From a virus (lineage: Duplodnaviria > Caudoviricetes), in the IMG/VR virus record IMGVR_UViG_2706795957_000001, positions 1 through 64,000 of that record: a stretch of DNA of 64,000 nt, one strand, 5' to 3'. The notes beneath the pieces were generated by a model. That model did no database searches. It was not told the DNA's origin and saw only the letters and a program-made list of their open reading frames with translations. Shown piece after piece: positions 17,638 to 28,775 of the stretch. Each line of letters starts with the position of its first letter. Position 1 is the first letter of the stretch. Made by a program: the position numbers and the translations under genes.

Positions 17638-20600
17638 GTGGCAATCAACAAGCGCTATCAGGCCGGCACCGCTTGGATCAAGGTTGCCCCGGACTTCCGA
17701 GGGTGGACAAAGGATCTGGCCAACCAGGTCGAAAAGTCTTCAGAAAAGCTCACAGCCCGTGTGGAACTGGAAACCAGTGACGCACGGGCTAGTCTGCGTG
17801 AGTTCGAGCAGAACAACGCCAAGATCCTCGCCGAGGTAGGACTCGACAAGAAGAGCCTGGCGAAGGTCCGCGCCGAGCTTGCTGGTCTGCATGACCAAAA
17901 GCGGCGGGTTATGGTCCGCACCGAGCTCGACAACACCGACGTGCGGCGGAAGCTGCAGGAGATCGGCACCGAGAAGGCCATCCAGTTCGCGACGCAGGCC
18001 GACATCAAGCTGAACCCGAAGTCGGTCACCAAGAACTTCGATCGCGTCCAAAAGGACCTCGCCGAGAAGACCTCACTGGGCATCAAGATCGACTCGGCGT
18101 CGATGGCCGAATCGCTCCAGTCCGCCCTCAAGCTCGACAAAATTCAGGGCAAGATCGCCAAGGTTCGCAAGGAGATTGGCGCCCTCGGCAAGGTCGAGGA
18201 AGAGTACGAGAAGAAGCGTCAGGCCTACGGTCGCGGCGAAATCAAGGACTGGGAAGACGCGGTCCGGATCGCCGAGAAGTACGAAGAGCATCAGCGGCAG
18301 ATCGCCAACGCCCAAAAGCGGCTCAGCAAGTACACGCGCACGCAGCGTGAGCAGCAGAAGAAGCTGAACAAGGACCTCGAGGTCACGCGCGAGCTCAGCA
18401 ACCTCAACGGCCAGGGGCTCGACACCGCCGGCGCCGACTCGCAGCACCGCAAAATGGTCCAGGATATGGCCGACCGTCGCGAGGCCATCGCCGACACCGA
18501 GAAGCGGCTGGCGAAGTACACCAAGAAGCAGAAGGAGTTCCAGGACCAGCTCGCCCGGTACCAGCGCAACGAGATCAGCTACGACGACGTCGAGAAGCTC
18601 GGCGACGCCTGGGAGCGTAACGAGAAGCGCATCGCCAAGGCGCGCGAACGCCTGACCCAGTACAACGCCGCACAGAACCTCTCTCAGAAGCGCATCAACG
18701 AGGACCTCGAGGAGGCCCGGAAGCTCCACGAGCGCACAGCTGAGGCCGACCGCAACCGCCGCCCAACCCTGCAGGCACAGGAGGGCGACAAGGGCCGCTA
18801 CATCGATCGTCTCCGCACGGTCGTCGGCAGCACGAAGGTTGCCGGCAGCAAGCTCGAGGAAGACATTGTCGCACTGCGCAATGCGACTCAGAGCGCTCGC
18901 CAGCTCGACGGGGCCATTCACACCCTCGAGACCGCCAACCTCAACCTGAGCAAGGCTGAACGCGAGGTTATCGCCTCGGAGATGGAGATCAACAACCTCC
19001 GCTCCAAGGGCAACATCTCCAGCGAGAATGCGCAGCGCGCGCTCGAGCGTCACACCCGGGCGCTGCATACCTACACCCAGACCCAGCGTCAGTCCATCAA
19101 GGCCAGTCAGGCTGTCGACGCGGTGCGTGATAGCTACAACAACTTCGCCCAGAAGGTTCAGCAGCGTATCGACCTGAACCCGATCCGACGGTTCGGTGAC
19201 ACGCTCGACAACAACATCGCCCGCCAGTTCTCCAAGCTGGGCGATCGACTCCTGTTCACCGGTCGGCTCATTTCGTCGATCGGTTCTATCGGCATGGCTT
19301 CAGCCGTTGGTCTTGCCGCGCTCGCCGCGGTCAACATGGGCCCCGCGATCGGTTCGCTGTCGCAGATGGTCGGCATCCTGGGTCTCGTCCCGGGCCTGGC
19401 TGCAGCCGCCGGCGCCGCGCTCGGTGCGATCAGTATCGGCATGTCGGGTATCGGTGGTGCGTTCAAGGCTGCCGGCAAGCTCTCCGAGGCGGTCGGTACC
19501 GGTGGCAGCTCGGCTTCGAGCTCGCGTACCGCCCGCAACGCCCAGCGCGACCTCGAGAAGGCGAACAAGGCTGCGGCCAAGACCGCGGTCCAGGGCGCGC
19601 GATCGATTGCTGACGCCGAGAAGGGTATCCAGCGCGCACAGAAGGCGTCGGTTGACGCCCAGAAGAATCTCACCAAGGCACGCAAGGAAGCTCAGCGTCA
19701 GAACGAGGAGCTCAAGGAATCCATCCGCGACATGGCGATGGAGGAAGAGGACGCCGCACTCTCGGTTGAGGAAGCGCGTCAGCGGCTCGGTGAGGTACTG
19801 CGCGACCCTGAGTCCACCAGCACTGAACGCAAGCGCGCCGACCTCAGCTACCGTCAGGCGCTCGAGCAGCAGCGCGATCTGCGGCGCGAACACGGCAAGA
19901 CCAAGGAAGAGTTCGCCGAGTCCCAGCGCAAGGGCATCGAGGGCTCCGACGCTGTCGTTGATGCCCAGGAGCAGGTCAAAGAAGCCGCCGAGGGCGTCGC
20001 CGAGGCGCAACAGAACCTGATTCAGGCGCAGCAAGATGCCGCCGACGCCAACGCGGAAGCAATGGAGCGCGTGGCTGACGCCCAGGAAAACCTGGCAAAC
20101 GCCCTGAACGGCGGCTCGGGCAGCGCAGACGCCGCGGGCAAGGCCCTCGACGAGTACCGCAAGGAACTCGACAAGCTCGCCCCCAGTGCGCGTGGTTTCG
20201 TCGAATACACCTACGGCATGAAGGACTCGTGGGACGAGCTCCGTAAGTCCGTGCAGCAGAAGCTGTTCAGCGGCCTTGTCGATGACATCGAGATCCTTCG
20301 GGTTCGTGGATTCAACGTGCTTAAGGGTGGACTGACGGACATCGCCGCCGGGTTGAACCAGGGTGAGCGTCACTTCCTGACCTACCTGTCCACCGCCCGC
20401 GGCATGGGCAACCTGGACAGCATCCTCCAGAACACCGCGGATTCCGCCGGCTCGTTCTCGCGCGCGCTGTCCAACGGCCTGCAGGCTCTCCTGAGTATGT
20501 CTGAGGTCGGCACCGAGTTCATGCCTTGGTTCGGGCGTTCGCTCGAGGACACTACCCGCAAGTGGCGCACCATGGCCGAGGTTGCCCAGGACACCGGAAC

Positions 20601-23600
20601 GATGGAGGCGTACTTCGCCCGATCGATCTCGCGCGCACAGACTTTCGGCAGCATCGTGGCCGGCCTTGGCGGTGTCATCAAGGAGCTCTTCGGGGCGACC
20701 TCCGTCATGGGTCTGAATTCGTTGACCCACCTTGACGCCAAGATCGAGGGCTGGCGAGACAACCTCACCAGCACCGAGGGCCAGAACTCCATCCGTGAGT
20801 TCTTCATGACCACCCGCGAGATGCTTTCTGGCGTCGCTGAGATCGCAGGTGCTGTCGGTACGATCATCGCCAACGACATCGTTCCGGCCCTTCGGATCGT
20901 GAATGACATTTTGTCGCCAATCCTGGGCCTGTTCGCCGCGATCAGCACCACCATCAGCGAGCAGACGCCGATCATCCGCACCCTGCTGTCGATCTACGTC
21001 GGCTTCCGAATCCTTAAGGGCACCTTCGGACTCCTCGTCACCGGCCTTGGCAAGATGGGTATCACCGTTTCGTCGCAGACTGGTGCTGTCGGACTACTTA
21101 CGCGGGCGTGGCAGGGCGCGACCGGCGCCATGAACGGCTACATAGCACGCGCGGCCATGATGGCCGGCATCAACACCAAGATGGCCGTGGGTGCTGCCGC
21201 GGTTGGCGGTGTCGGCAAGGCGGCTGAGGGCACCGCCAAGAAGACCGGCATGCTCACCACCGCGGCTACCAAGGGCAAGGCGGCGTGGGCCAACATGCTC
21301 GGCTTCGTGGGTGGCCCCGCTGGCGCAGTCATCGCCGGAGTGGCCGTCAGTCTGATGGCATGGCATGACGCCAGTAGCAAGGTGTCCGAGGCCAATAAGC
21401 GCCTCGAAGAGACCTCCAACAAGGCGTTCAAGGCCACCCAGCGCCTGAATGACTCGATCGTCAAGAGCCGCGGCGAACGCTCGCCTGAGACCCTCACCGC
21501 AGCGACCGAGCAGGTCGAATCGCTCATGCAGCAGTGGCAGGTCCTCGAGGAGTCCTCGTCGGGCTTCTGGAGCAAGTTTGGCGGCGGTGTTGCCGAGGTA
21601 TTCACCCTCGGCAAGTCCAACACACTCAACGACCAGCTCAACATCGACCGTCAGGCCGAAGCGTGGCGCCCGTACCTCAAGGTCCTTCAGGATCTGAAGC
21701 TCAACGCCGAGGACGTCGGTCTGGCCATTTCGGGCACCGATGACGACTGGGCTCGATTCGCTGACAAACTGAAGACCGCTGGCACCGAGGGCGAAAGGGC
21801 CGCTCGGTACTTCGGCGTCATGCGTGGCGAGATCAAGTATCAGGAAGATGCGATCAAGTCGATCGAGCCTGGCTACCTCGACCTACAGGACGCCCTGAAG
21901 ACGCTGGCCGACACTGCATCCAGCACCGCCGACAAGTTCGATGCTCTGCAGCGTGCCTTCCGGGCACTCATCCCGGGCCAGGAGGGTCGCGACAACCTCA
22001 AGGCATTCGGCAAGGAGCTGGCCGACCTGGATAGCCAGGTCGATTCGATCAAGCCTGACGGCGGTTACGGCGCTGAACTCCTCACGGAGACCGGCGATCT
22101 GGACCTAAACAAGGCCAATGCCAGCGTCCTCGACGACGCCATCCAGCGTGGTCGGGACCTCATCGGCAAGATGGAGCTCGAGGGTCAGGACACCACCGAG
22201 GCGTGGGACCTGTGGACGACAAAGATCCGCGTGCTCGGCCAAGCTGCCGGCATCGTCGGCGGCGACCTCGACACCCTCCTCGACAAGCTGTACGCCACAC
22301 CGGATCGCGTGGATTCCATTGTCGCGGTCCAGGGTATCGACAAGGCCGGCCAGGACCTAGTTGCCCTGCGCGCCAAGTTCTCCGACCTCAAGCCTGGTGA
22401 GGAGAAGACCTTCGAGGTCAAGCTCGAGGGCGGCGAAGAGTCGGTCGAGACCCTTGAGCGGTTTGGCGCCGAGGTCAAGCCGCTGCTCAATGGCAACCAT
22501 GAAGTCACCATGGACTTCGAGTCCTTCAACGAGAACATGGACGCCACGGTCGCCAAGATCCAGGCGTTCAGTCTCATCAAGAGCCAGGCCACCGTTGACC
22601 TCAACACCAACAGCCTGAAGGTCAACGCCGACCAGGCCAAGAACATCATCGGCATCCTCGACAAGTACCGAGCGGATCCAGTCGCCGGGCTGCTCATCGG
22701 CATGCTGCAGAACAAGAAGGGCATCGCTCTCGAGGACCTCCGTAGCCTCGAAAAAGAAGAGACGATGCCGGTCGTCGATGCCAACATCGACCCACTCACC
22801 ACCAAGATCGCGGAAGCCCGGAAGCAGCTCAGTGACCTGGCCAGCCCCTTCGGCTACGTCAACCGCATCTACGGCAAGAATCCCGACGGCTCCGACCCGA
22901 CGGCCGAGCAGATCCGCAAGCGCATCGAGGAGGCCGAGAAGGAGGAGAAGGCCAACCAGATCCCGGCTGGAACTCCTGGCGTCCTGACCCCCGGCGACTT
23001 CGCTGCCGAAAACAAGAAGAAGGTTCCCGGCAACTACCGCGGCGGTCGCCTGCCGGCGTTCTCCTTCGGTGGCCGCATGCCTACCTCGGGACCGGGCTCG
23101 GAGAAGCGTGACGGCTTCCTGGCTGTCGGCCCGGACGGCAAGCCTGTTGCTCGAGTCGACGGCGGCGAGTGGATCATCAACTCGCAGGAGTCGTCCCGGT
23201 GGGACTGGCTGCTGTCGGCCATCAACTCCGGCCAGCTCCGCGGCTTCGCCACGGGCGGCAAGCTCGGCGGCGGCATGGGCATGCTCCAGCAGGTCGGCTC
23301 GACGATCTCCGGTGCCGCCTCGGGGATGATCGAGCCGGCCATCGGTGCGGTCACGACTGCCATGAGCCAGCTGGGCACCCAGTTCCCGCAGATCGCTCAG
23401 AACCAGGTCGCCCCGGCGTGGCAGAACATGGCCACCATCCTCGATACTGCCAAGCAAACGGTCCTTGACCCGATGTTCTACGGCGTGCAGAAGCACCTGA
23501 CCGACATGGGCGTCGACTTCACGGCAGCGGCTGCCCTGGTCAAGCCAACGTGGGTCAACCTGGCCGACCAGGTGCTCGCGGCCAAGACCGACACCATCGA

Positions 23601-26148
23601 TCCGGCCTTCGCCGGCATCCAGGGTGGCCTGTCGACGGTCCAGGGCGCCTTCGGTACTGCAGTCCCGGCCATCGCATCGCTATGGAACGGAATGCGTGCC
23701 GCCACAGCCGATCCTGTGCGCTTCACCATCAACACCGTCTTCAACGACGGCCTGGTCGGCATGTGGAACTCGGTCGCCGACATGATCGGCGCCAAGAAGA
23801 TGACCCCGTATGTCGCGAAGTTCGCGAAGGGCGGTGTGCTGCCTGGTTACACGCCTGGCCGCGACGTGCATCGCTTCGTCTCGCCGACCGCGGGTGAACT
23901 TCACCTATCCGGCGGTGAGGCCATCATGCGCCCCGAGTGGGTGCGTGCCGTCGGCGGTCCTGCTGCTGTCGAGCAGATGAACCGCGAGGCCCGACTGGGC
24001 CGCGCTGGCACCGACGAGCCTGGCCACTACGCCAACGGCTCGAGCGGCATGGCGATCGGCTACGGCGTCGCCCCGGGCTCGAGCATCAGCTACGGCGCTG
24101 CAGGCTTCCCCGGCTGGGTGTACAAGCTCGCCCAGTCGTTCGGCGTGCAGGCGTCGACCTACCCAGGTCACCAGGAGGGCGACCGCAACGAGGCTGGTTA
24201 CGCACCGAACCCGCAGGGACTCAACCGCGGCATCGACTGGTCGGGCCCGGTCCCGAACATGCATCGCATGGCTGAGTACCTGCTCGGCATCGCCCCGCGG
24301 ACCCCGGCACTCGAGCAGATCATCTGGCAGAATCCGGAAACCGGTCAGCGCATCGGCTGGGCAGGTCGTAGCCCCGACATCAGTGGCGCCTACTTCGCCA
24401 GCGACTACGCCGGCCACCAGGACCACGTCCACACCCGCCAGAGTGGCCCGCTCATGCCTGGCATGAAGGGCGCCGCGATCGCCAGCATGATCGGCAGTGC
24501 GGCTATGGATATGGGCTCGATTATCCGCGGCATGTTCGATCCCGAGTACCAGGCCATCAAGGGCAAGATCGCCAAGGCTGGCTTCGACAGCAGCCTGATG
24601 GGCCAGCTGCCGAGCAAGGCTTTCGAGGCCATGTACAGGGGCATGCAGGACAAGGCTGTCAAGCTCGCCAACGAGTCGGGCCTCTACGGCGGTCCTCCGA
24701 TCGCCCCGGGTGGCAACGTTGAACGCTGGCGCCCGATGGTCATTGCTGCACTGCGCCGCAACGGTTTCGACCCGAGTAAGCGCAATCAGGACCTCATGCT
24801 CGCTCAGATCAATTCGGAGTCGGGTGGCAACCCGAAGATTCTGCAGCAGATCCAGGACGTCAACTCTGGCGGCAACGAGGCTGGTGGTCTGCTGCAGATG
24901 ACCCCGGGTACCTACGAGGCCCACCGCGATCCGAGCCTGGTCAACGACCGCTTCGATGCATGGTCGAACATGAACGCCTCGCTGCGTTACTACCGTCAGC
25001 GCTACGGCAACGACCTCGGCGCAATGTGGGGCAAGGGCCACGGCTACGACCAGGGCGGCATCTTCGAGCACGGCACCTTTGGCTGGAACGCTTCAGGCAA
25101 GCCTGAGGCGGTCTTCACCAACCCCGAGTGGAAGCTGCTCGCCAAGCTGGTCGAGGCGCTGAAGGGCGCCAAGACTGCCGGCGCGTTCCCCACGCAGCCG
25201 GTCGCCAAGGGTGTCGCCCCGCAGGTTGCCCCGGAGAAGCTCGAGTGGACGCCTCCTGCCGAAACGGACGAGGCGGGGAATGTCTCGAAGATCGAGTACA
25301 CCCCGGCTAAGATTAACCCTGAGACCAGTCTGCCTTACGACGTCGACACGATCAGCGGCGTTCCACTCGACCCGAAGACCAACAAGCCGTTCGAGGTCGA
25401 CCCGGTCACACAGAAGCCGATCACCAAGGGTGACAACGGTCTCTACCTCGACCCGGAGACGGGTAAGCCGTTCTACGGCTCGGACGCCGAACGCCTCGAG
25501 GTCAAGCGGCTCCAGTCTGAGGACACCTTCACCTTCGAGAACAACGCCGACGAGCTCGGCGTGAAGAAGGACTGGATCGACGACTACAACGGCCCGTTCT
25601 CGGATCCCCTGAAGAAGGGCAAGCTGATCGGTCAGCTTGGCCAGGCCCTGTCGAACCCGGGCGCATTCCAGCGCATCGGCAACGACAAGCTGATGAACTC
25701 GCAGATCCAGACGGCCAAGAAGCGTCAGGACGAGCTCGAGCTCTACAAGAGCGACCAGGCCGCTCGCATCAATGAGCTTCGCGCAGAGGGTAAGACCGAA
25801 GAGGCCAAGGCCCTAGAGGCCGAGGCCCGCGCCAAGATGGCCGGCATGACCGAGATGCCCGGAACCTCCCCGGGCACCCAGGCCATGCTCGCCACGATGC
25901 AAGAGAACCCGGGCGAACAGTGGCGCCGCGAATCCGCCGACCAGTGGAAGCAGTGGGCTGGCGAGAACTGGGCTGGCGTCGCCGAGTCGGTCTTCGCCGC
26001 GGGCGCTGCGGGCGCACACAACTCGGGAGCCGGCCAGATCGCCGACACGGTCAACATTCACACCACCAACCTGAGCGGAGCATTCCGGGAGATGGACCGT
26101 CGTTCGAAGCGTGCATCGCGCGCCAGTTCGCGAGTTGTGAGGCGCTGA
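17638..26148 (+). CDS. Tape measure protein with C-terminal cell-wall hydrolase domains
   Basis: 2836 aa; SLT motif ESGGNP...GLLQ; GIDW...HQDHVH motif. Confidence 0.95.
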   Translation: MAINKRYQAGTAWIKVAPDFRGWTKDLANQVEKSSEKLTARVELETSDARASLREFEQNNAKILAEVGLDKKSLAKVRAELAGLHDQKRRVMVRTELDNTDVRRKLQEIGTEKAIQFATQADIKLNPKSVTKNFDRVQKDLAEKTSLGIKIDSASMAESLQSALKLDKIQGKIAKVRKEIGALGKVEEEYEKKRQAYGRGEIKDWEDAVRIAEKYEEHQRQIANAQKRLSKYTRTQREQQKKLNKDLEVTRELSNLNGQGLDTAGADSQHRKMVQDMADRREAIADTEKRLAKYTKKQKEFQDQLARYQRNEISYDDVEKLGDAWERNEKRIAKARERLTQYNAAQNLSQKRINEDLEEARKLHERTAEADRNRRPTLQAQEGDKGRYIDRLRTVVGSTKVAGSKLEEDIVALRNATQSARQLDGAIHTLETANLNLSKAEREVIASEMEINNLRSKGNISSENAQRALERHTRALHTYTQTQRQSIKASQAVDAVRDSYNNFAQKVQQRIDLNPIRRFGDTLDNNIARQFSKLGDRLLFTGRLISSIGSIGMASAVGLAALAAVNMGPAIGSLSQMVGILGLVPGLAAAAGAALGAISIGMSGIGGAFKAAGKLSEAVGTGGSSASSSRTARNAQRDLEKANKAAAKTAVQGARSIADAEKGIQRAQKASVDAQKNLTKARKEAQRQNEELKESIRDMAMEEEDAALSVEEARQRLGEVLRDPESTSTERKRADLSYRQALEQQRDLRREHGKTKEEFAESQRKGIEGSDAVVDAQEQVKEAAEGVAEAQQNLIQAQQDAADANAEAMERVADAQENLANALNGGSGSADAAGKALDEYRKELDKLAPSARGFVEYTYGMKDSWDELRKSVQQKLFSGLVDDIEILRVRGFNVLKGGLTDIAAGLNQGERHFLTYLSTARGMGNLDSILQNTADSAGSFSRALSNGLQALLSMSEVGTEFMPWFGRSLEDTTRKWRTMAEVAQDTGTMEAYFARSISRAQTFGSIVAGLGGVIKELFGATSVMGLNSLTHLDAKIEGWRDNLTSTEGQNSIREFFMTTREMLSGVAEIAGAVGTIIANDIVPALRIVNDILSPILGLFAAISTTISEQTPIIRTLLSIYVGFRILKGTFGLLVTGLGKMGITVSSQTGAVGLLTRAWQGATGAMNGYIARAAMMAGINTKMAVGAAAVGGVGKAAEGTAKKTGMLTTAATKGKAAWANMLGFVGGPAGAVIAGVAVSLMAWHDASSKVSEANKRLEETSNKAFKATQRLNDSIVKSRGERSPETLTAATEQVESLMQQWQVLEESSSGFWSKFGGGVAEVFTLGKSNTLNDQLNIDRQAEAWRPYLKVLQDLKLNAEDVGLAISGTDDDWARFADKLKTAGTEGERAARYFGVMRGEIKYQEDAIKSIEPGYLDLQDALKTLADTASSTADKFDALQRAFRALIPGQEGRDNLKAFGKELADLDSQVDSIKPDGGYGAELLTETGDLDLNKANASVLDDAIQRGRDLIGKMELEGQDTTEAWDLWTTKIRVLGQAAGIVGGDLDTLLDKLYATPDRVDSIVAVQGIDKAGQDLVALRAKFSDLKPGEEKTFEVKLEGGEESVETLERFGAEVKPLLNGNHEVTMDFESFNENMDATVAKIQAFSLIKSQATVDLNTNSLKVNADQAKNIIGILDKYRADPVAGLLIGMLQNKKGIALEDLRSLEKEETMPVVDANIDPLTTKIAEARKQLSDLASPFGYVNRIYGKNPDGSDPTAEQIRKRIEEAEKEEKANQIPAGTPGVLTPGDFAAENKKKVPGNYRGGRLPAFSFGGRMPTSGPGSEKRDGFLAVGPDGKPVARVDGGEWIINSQESSRWDWLLSAINSGQLRGFATGGKLGGGMGMLQQVGSTISGAASGMIEPAIGAVTTAMSQLGTQFPQIAQNQVAPAWQNMATILDTAKQTVLDPMFYGVQKHLTDMGVDFTAAAALVKPTWVNLADQVLAAKTDTIDPAFAGIQGGLSTVQGAFGTAVPAIASLWNGMRAATADPVRFTINTVFNDGLVGMWNSVADMIGAKKMTPYVAKFAKGGVLPGYTPGRDVHRFVSPTAGELHLSGGEAIMRPEWVRAVGGPAAVEQMNREARLGRAGTDEPGHYANGSSGMAIGYGVAPGSSISYGAAGFPGWVYKLAQSFGVQASTYPGHQEGDRNEAGYAPNPQGLNRGIDWSGPVPNMHRMAEYLLGIAPRTPALEQIIWQNPETGQRIGWAGRSPDISGAYFASDYAGHQDHVHTRQSGPLMPGMKGAAIASMIGSAAMDMGSIIRGMFDPEYQAIKGKIAKAGFDSSLMGQLPSKAFEAMYRGMQDKAVKLANESGLYGGPPIAPGGNVERWRPMVIAALRRNGFDPSKRNQDLMLAQINSESGGNPKILQQIQDVNSGGNEAGGLLQMTPGTYEAHRDPSLVNDRFDAWSNMNASLRYYRQRYGNDLGAMWGKGHGYDQGGIFEHGTFGWNASGKPEAVFTNPEWKLLAKLVEALKGAKTAGAFPTQPVAKGVAPQVAPEKLEWTPPAETDEAGNVSKIEYTPAKINPETSLPYDVDTISGVPLDPKTNKPFEVDPVTQKPITKGDNGLYLDPETGKPFYGSDAERLEVKRLQSEDTFTFENNADELGVKKDWIDDYNGPFSDPLKKGKLIGQLGQALSNPGAFQRIGNDKLMNSQIQTAKKRQDELELYKSDQAARINELRAEGKTEEAKALEAEARAKMAGMTEMPGTSPGTQAMLATMQENPGEQWRRESADQWKQWAGENWAGVAESVFAAGAAGAHNSGAGQIADTVNIHTTNLSGAFREMDRRSKRASRASSRVVRR

Positions 26149-27029
26149 TGAAGAACTTCAATGAGGAACTGTTCCTTCGTGATCGCCGCACCAAGGTGAT
26201 CTACTTCGACATCAACGGCAACGTCTGGCACCTGTCCGGTTTCGGGCAGGGCACCGAGGGGGCAACCCTCGGTGTTGAGCCGGACAACCTCTACATGATC
26301 GATTCCGAGTTGCTGTGGACCGAGGGCGCGCGCCAGGACGGTGCGAACTACGAGGGCACGGTCATCGCGCGCCGCGAGATCGACTTCGAGATCCAGATCA
26401 AAGGTTCGTCCGTCCGCAGCTTCCACATGATCAACGACAAGTGGTGGCGCGGATGGTCGACCCGCATCCCCGGCATTCTCGCGTTCTATACCCGCGACGG
26501 TGGGTGGCGGTGGACTCGGGTTCGCCTGGCGGGCAACGTGGACCCGAAGTGGGGCAAGGACCCGGCACTGATCAAAGCATGCGACTACGACATGACGGTC
26601 GCCGCCGATGACGCCATGTTCCGGTCGGCCATGGAGTTCGGCTACTGGAAGAACGAGGGCAACACCGGCAACGGCTCGATCCTGCTGAAGAACACCGCGG
26701 ACCACCCCGCCTACCCCGAGTATGTGATGCCCGGTCCGGGCTTGTACTCCATCCAGGATGGTCCGGACGGCGAGATGATCCCGCTGACTCAACTGAAGGC
26801 CGGCCAGACGCTCAAGCTCAAGACGCACCGGGAGAAGCTCTCGCTGCGCGTCTATGACTCGACGACCGGCATCGACGGGCGTACCGCATGGAAGGGCTGG
26901 GGTACTAAGCGATTCCAGAACCACCTCGAGCCGCATTCGATGAATCGCATCAAGGTCTCCGTCACAGGCGGTAACGCAAACTCGCAGGTGATGGCGCAGG
27001 TCTTCCCACGCCATTACCGTCCTTTCTAA
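26148..27029 (+). CDS. Minor tail protein (distal tail-like)
   Basis: Coupled to the tape measure stop. Confidence 0.8.
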   Translation: MKNFNEELFLRDRRTKVIYFDINGNVWHLSGFGQGTEGATLGVEPDNLYMIDSELLWTEGARQDGANYEGTVIARREIDFEIQIKGSSVRSFHMINDKWWRGWSTRIPGILAFYTRDGGWRWTRVRLAGNVDPKWGKDPALIKACDYDMTVAADDAMFRSAMEFGYWKNEGNTGNGSILLKNTADHPAYPEYVMPGPGLYSIQDGPDGEMIPLTQLKAGQTLKLKTHREKLSLRVYDSTTGIDGRTAWKGWGTKRFQNHLEPHSMNRIKVSVTGGNANSQVMAQVFPRHYRPF

Positions 27030-27047
27030 TAGACAGCTGGACATTAT

Positions 27048-28739
27048 ATGATTGAAGCACCCAGCAGTCATGCATCTGGCTGGAACCCGCTCAAGGCCGC
27101 GGCCTACATGGACGACGCGGTTGATCGCGAAGCCAGCCGCATGCAGGACGGTCGACACGTAACGGTCCGCGTCTTCGACAAGGTCTACGAACTCGCGGGA
27201 TTCGCCAACGACTACATCGAGATCGAGTTCTCGATCGAACGCAACAAGGCCGGCGGTCTCTCGATGATCCTGCCTGGCGACTCCGAGATCCGGGATCACC
27301 TGTTCAGCAATCCCGATGGTGCTGACGCGGTGGTCCCCATCGTCGTCGACACCCTCGGCGCCCAGTGGACCGGACAGGTGACCGAGGCGTCAATCCTCAT
27401 CGACGAAAACGGCGTCGAGACGATCGAAATCAGTGCCATCCACGACTGGGACTGGTGCTCGTCGGTGGCCATGTGGCCCTCGCCGTTCGCACCGCTGATC
27501 GCACAGTTCCCGAAGCGCATGATGGGAATCGGTCCGTCGCACACCGTCATTGCCACCTTCTACATGGCGAACCTGCTTCGACTACAGCTCCCGCTATGGC
27601 GCATCCCGTCGCTGCAGGACCTGCTCAATCCGAGCAAGTGGTTCAACCTCGGCAATGCGTTCTTCCCGGTGGCGTTCAAGCCGGTCAACCCCCTCGTCGA
27701 CAAGACGAAGTGGTGTGCCGTGTCCGCACGCATGCAGATGGGCGACGAGCTCTTCGAGCAAGTCCTCAAGGACGGCGGTCTGTCGCTGACGGCCACGCTG
27801 TTCATCCCGGGGGAGCACGAGCAGCCGTTTGGCAAGTGGCTCAAGCTCACCCGCCCGACCATCGTCCTCGACGTCGAGGATCACACGGGTGTCACCGGTC
27901 CGACGGGCACCGTCATCGACGGCATGCTGTGGTGGATCACCGAGCTCCTGGACGATGGCATCAGCGCAATCCTGACCAAGAATCCTGACCAGTCGGGCGT
28001 TGACGGCGACCTGGTACGCGACGACAAGCTCGGCACCATCACCAACCTGCTTGGCTTCAAACAGGCTCGACCCAAGGCGATCTGGCTGGACGGCGAGTAC
28101 AGCGGCATCCTCGATGGTCGTGTGGACATCCACAAGCCGATGTGTCGCGACGTCATCATCGGTGGACGCAGCCCAGGCTGGGTGAACTCGGCCATCGACA
28201 TCGGCATCCAGCAGCTACTGAACTTCGTGGGCATGTACCTGGGCGTCGGCGGTCTGTCGGCGCTGTATCAGGGCCAACTGTCCGATGTCTTCATGGCGTG
28301 GCAGCGGTTCACTGATGCTGGTCGGGCCAAGCGCGCCGGCCCCTACCTCAAGCATGAGCGTGTCTACTCCAATGGCTCAAGCGCCTATACGGTTTCGGGG
28401 CTCATGGAGGGCATCGGCGGCGTCTTCGATACCCGCGGCTACACCTCCAAGACCATCACCGTTCGCGACGGAGCACCGTTCCTGTACGGCGTTGACGTCC
28501 GGGTTGGCGAGATCGTCGGCTTCGAGCTCGACGGCACGATCTGGACCGACTATCTGACCAAGGCAACCTTCCGTGACAGCCGAGAAGAACGCTCGCACTG
28601 GGAGATGACCATCGGTGACGGATCCGCTGAGGAGGCAGACGGCGTGAAAGCGCACCGCAAGCTCGCCACGGCATTCGGAATGATCAAGGACCTCGCCACC
28701 GACGTCGGTGTCGGAGACCTGGGCCTCGAGATCTTCTGA
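27048..28739 (+). CDS. Minor tail protein (baseplate hub-like)
   Basis: Second gene after tape measure; typical actinophage pattern. Confidence 0.8.
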   Translation: MIEAPSSHASGWNPLKAAAYMDDAVDREASRMQDGRHVTVRVFDKVYELAGFANDYIEIEFSIERNKAGGLSMILPGDSEIRDHLFSNPDGADAVVPIVVDTLGAQWTGQVTEASILIDENGVETIEISAIHDWDWCSSVAMWPSPFAPLIAQFPKRMMGIGPSHTVIATFYMANLLRLQLPLWRIPSLQDLLNPSKWFNLGNAFFPVAFKPVNPLVDKTKWCAVSARMQMGDELFEQVLKDGGLSLTATLFIPGEHEQPFGKWLKLTRPTIVLDVEDHTGVTGPTGTVIDGMLWWITELLDDGISAILTKNPDQSGVDGDLVRDDKLGTITNLLGFKQARPKAIWLDGEYSGILDGRVDIHKPMCRDVIIGGRSPGWVNSAIDIGIQQLLNFVGMYLGVGGLSALYQGQLSDVFMAWQRFTDAGRAKRAGPYLKHERVYSNGSSAYTVSGLMEGIGGVFDTRGYTSKTITVRDGAPFLYGVDVRVGEIVGFELDGTIWTDYLTKATFRDSREERSHWEMTIGDGSAEEADGVKAHRKLATAFGMIKDLATDVGVGDLGLEIF

Positions 28740-28775
28740 CCGCGTTTCTAGTGTACAATTAGGGAGAAGAGATAT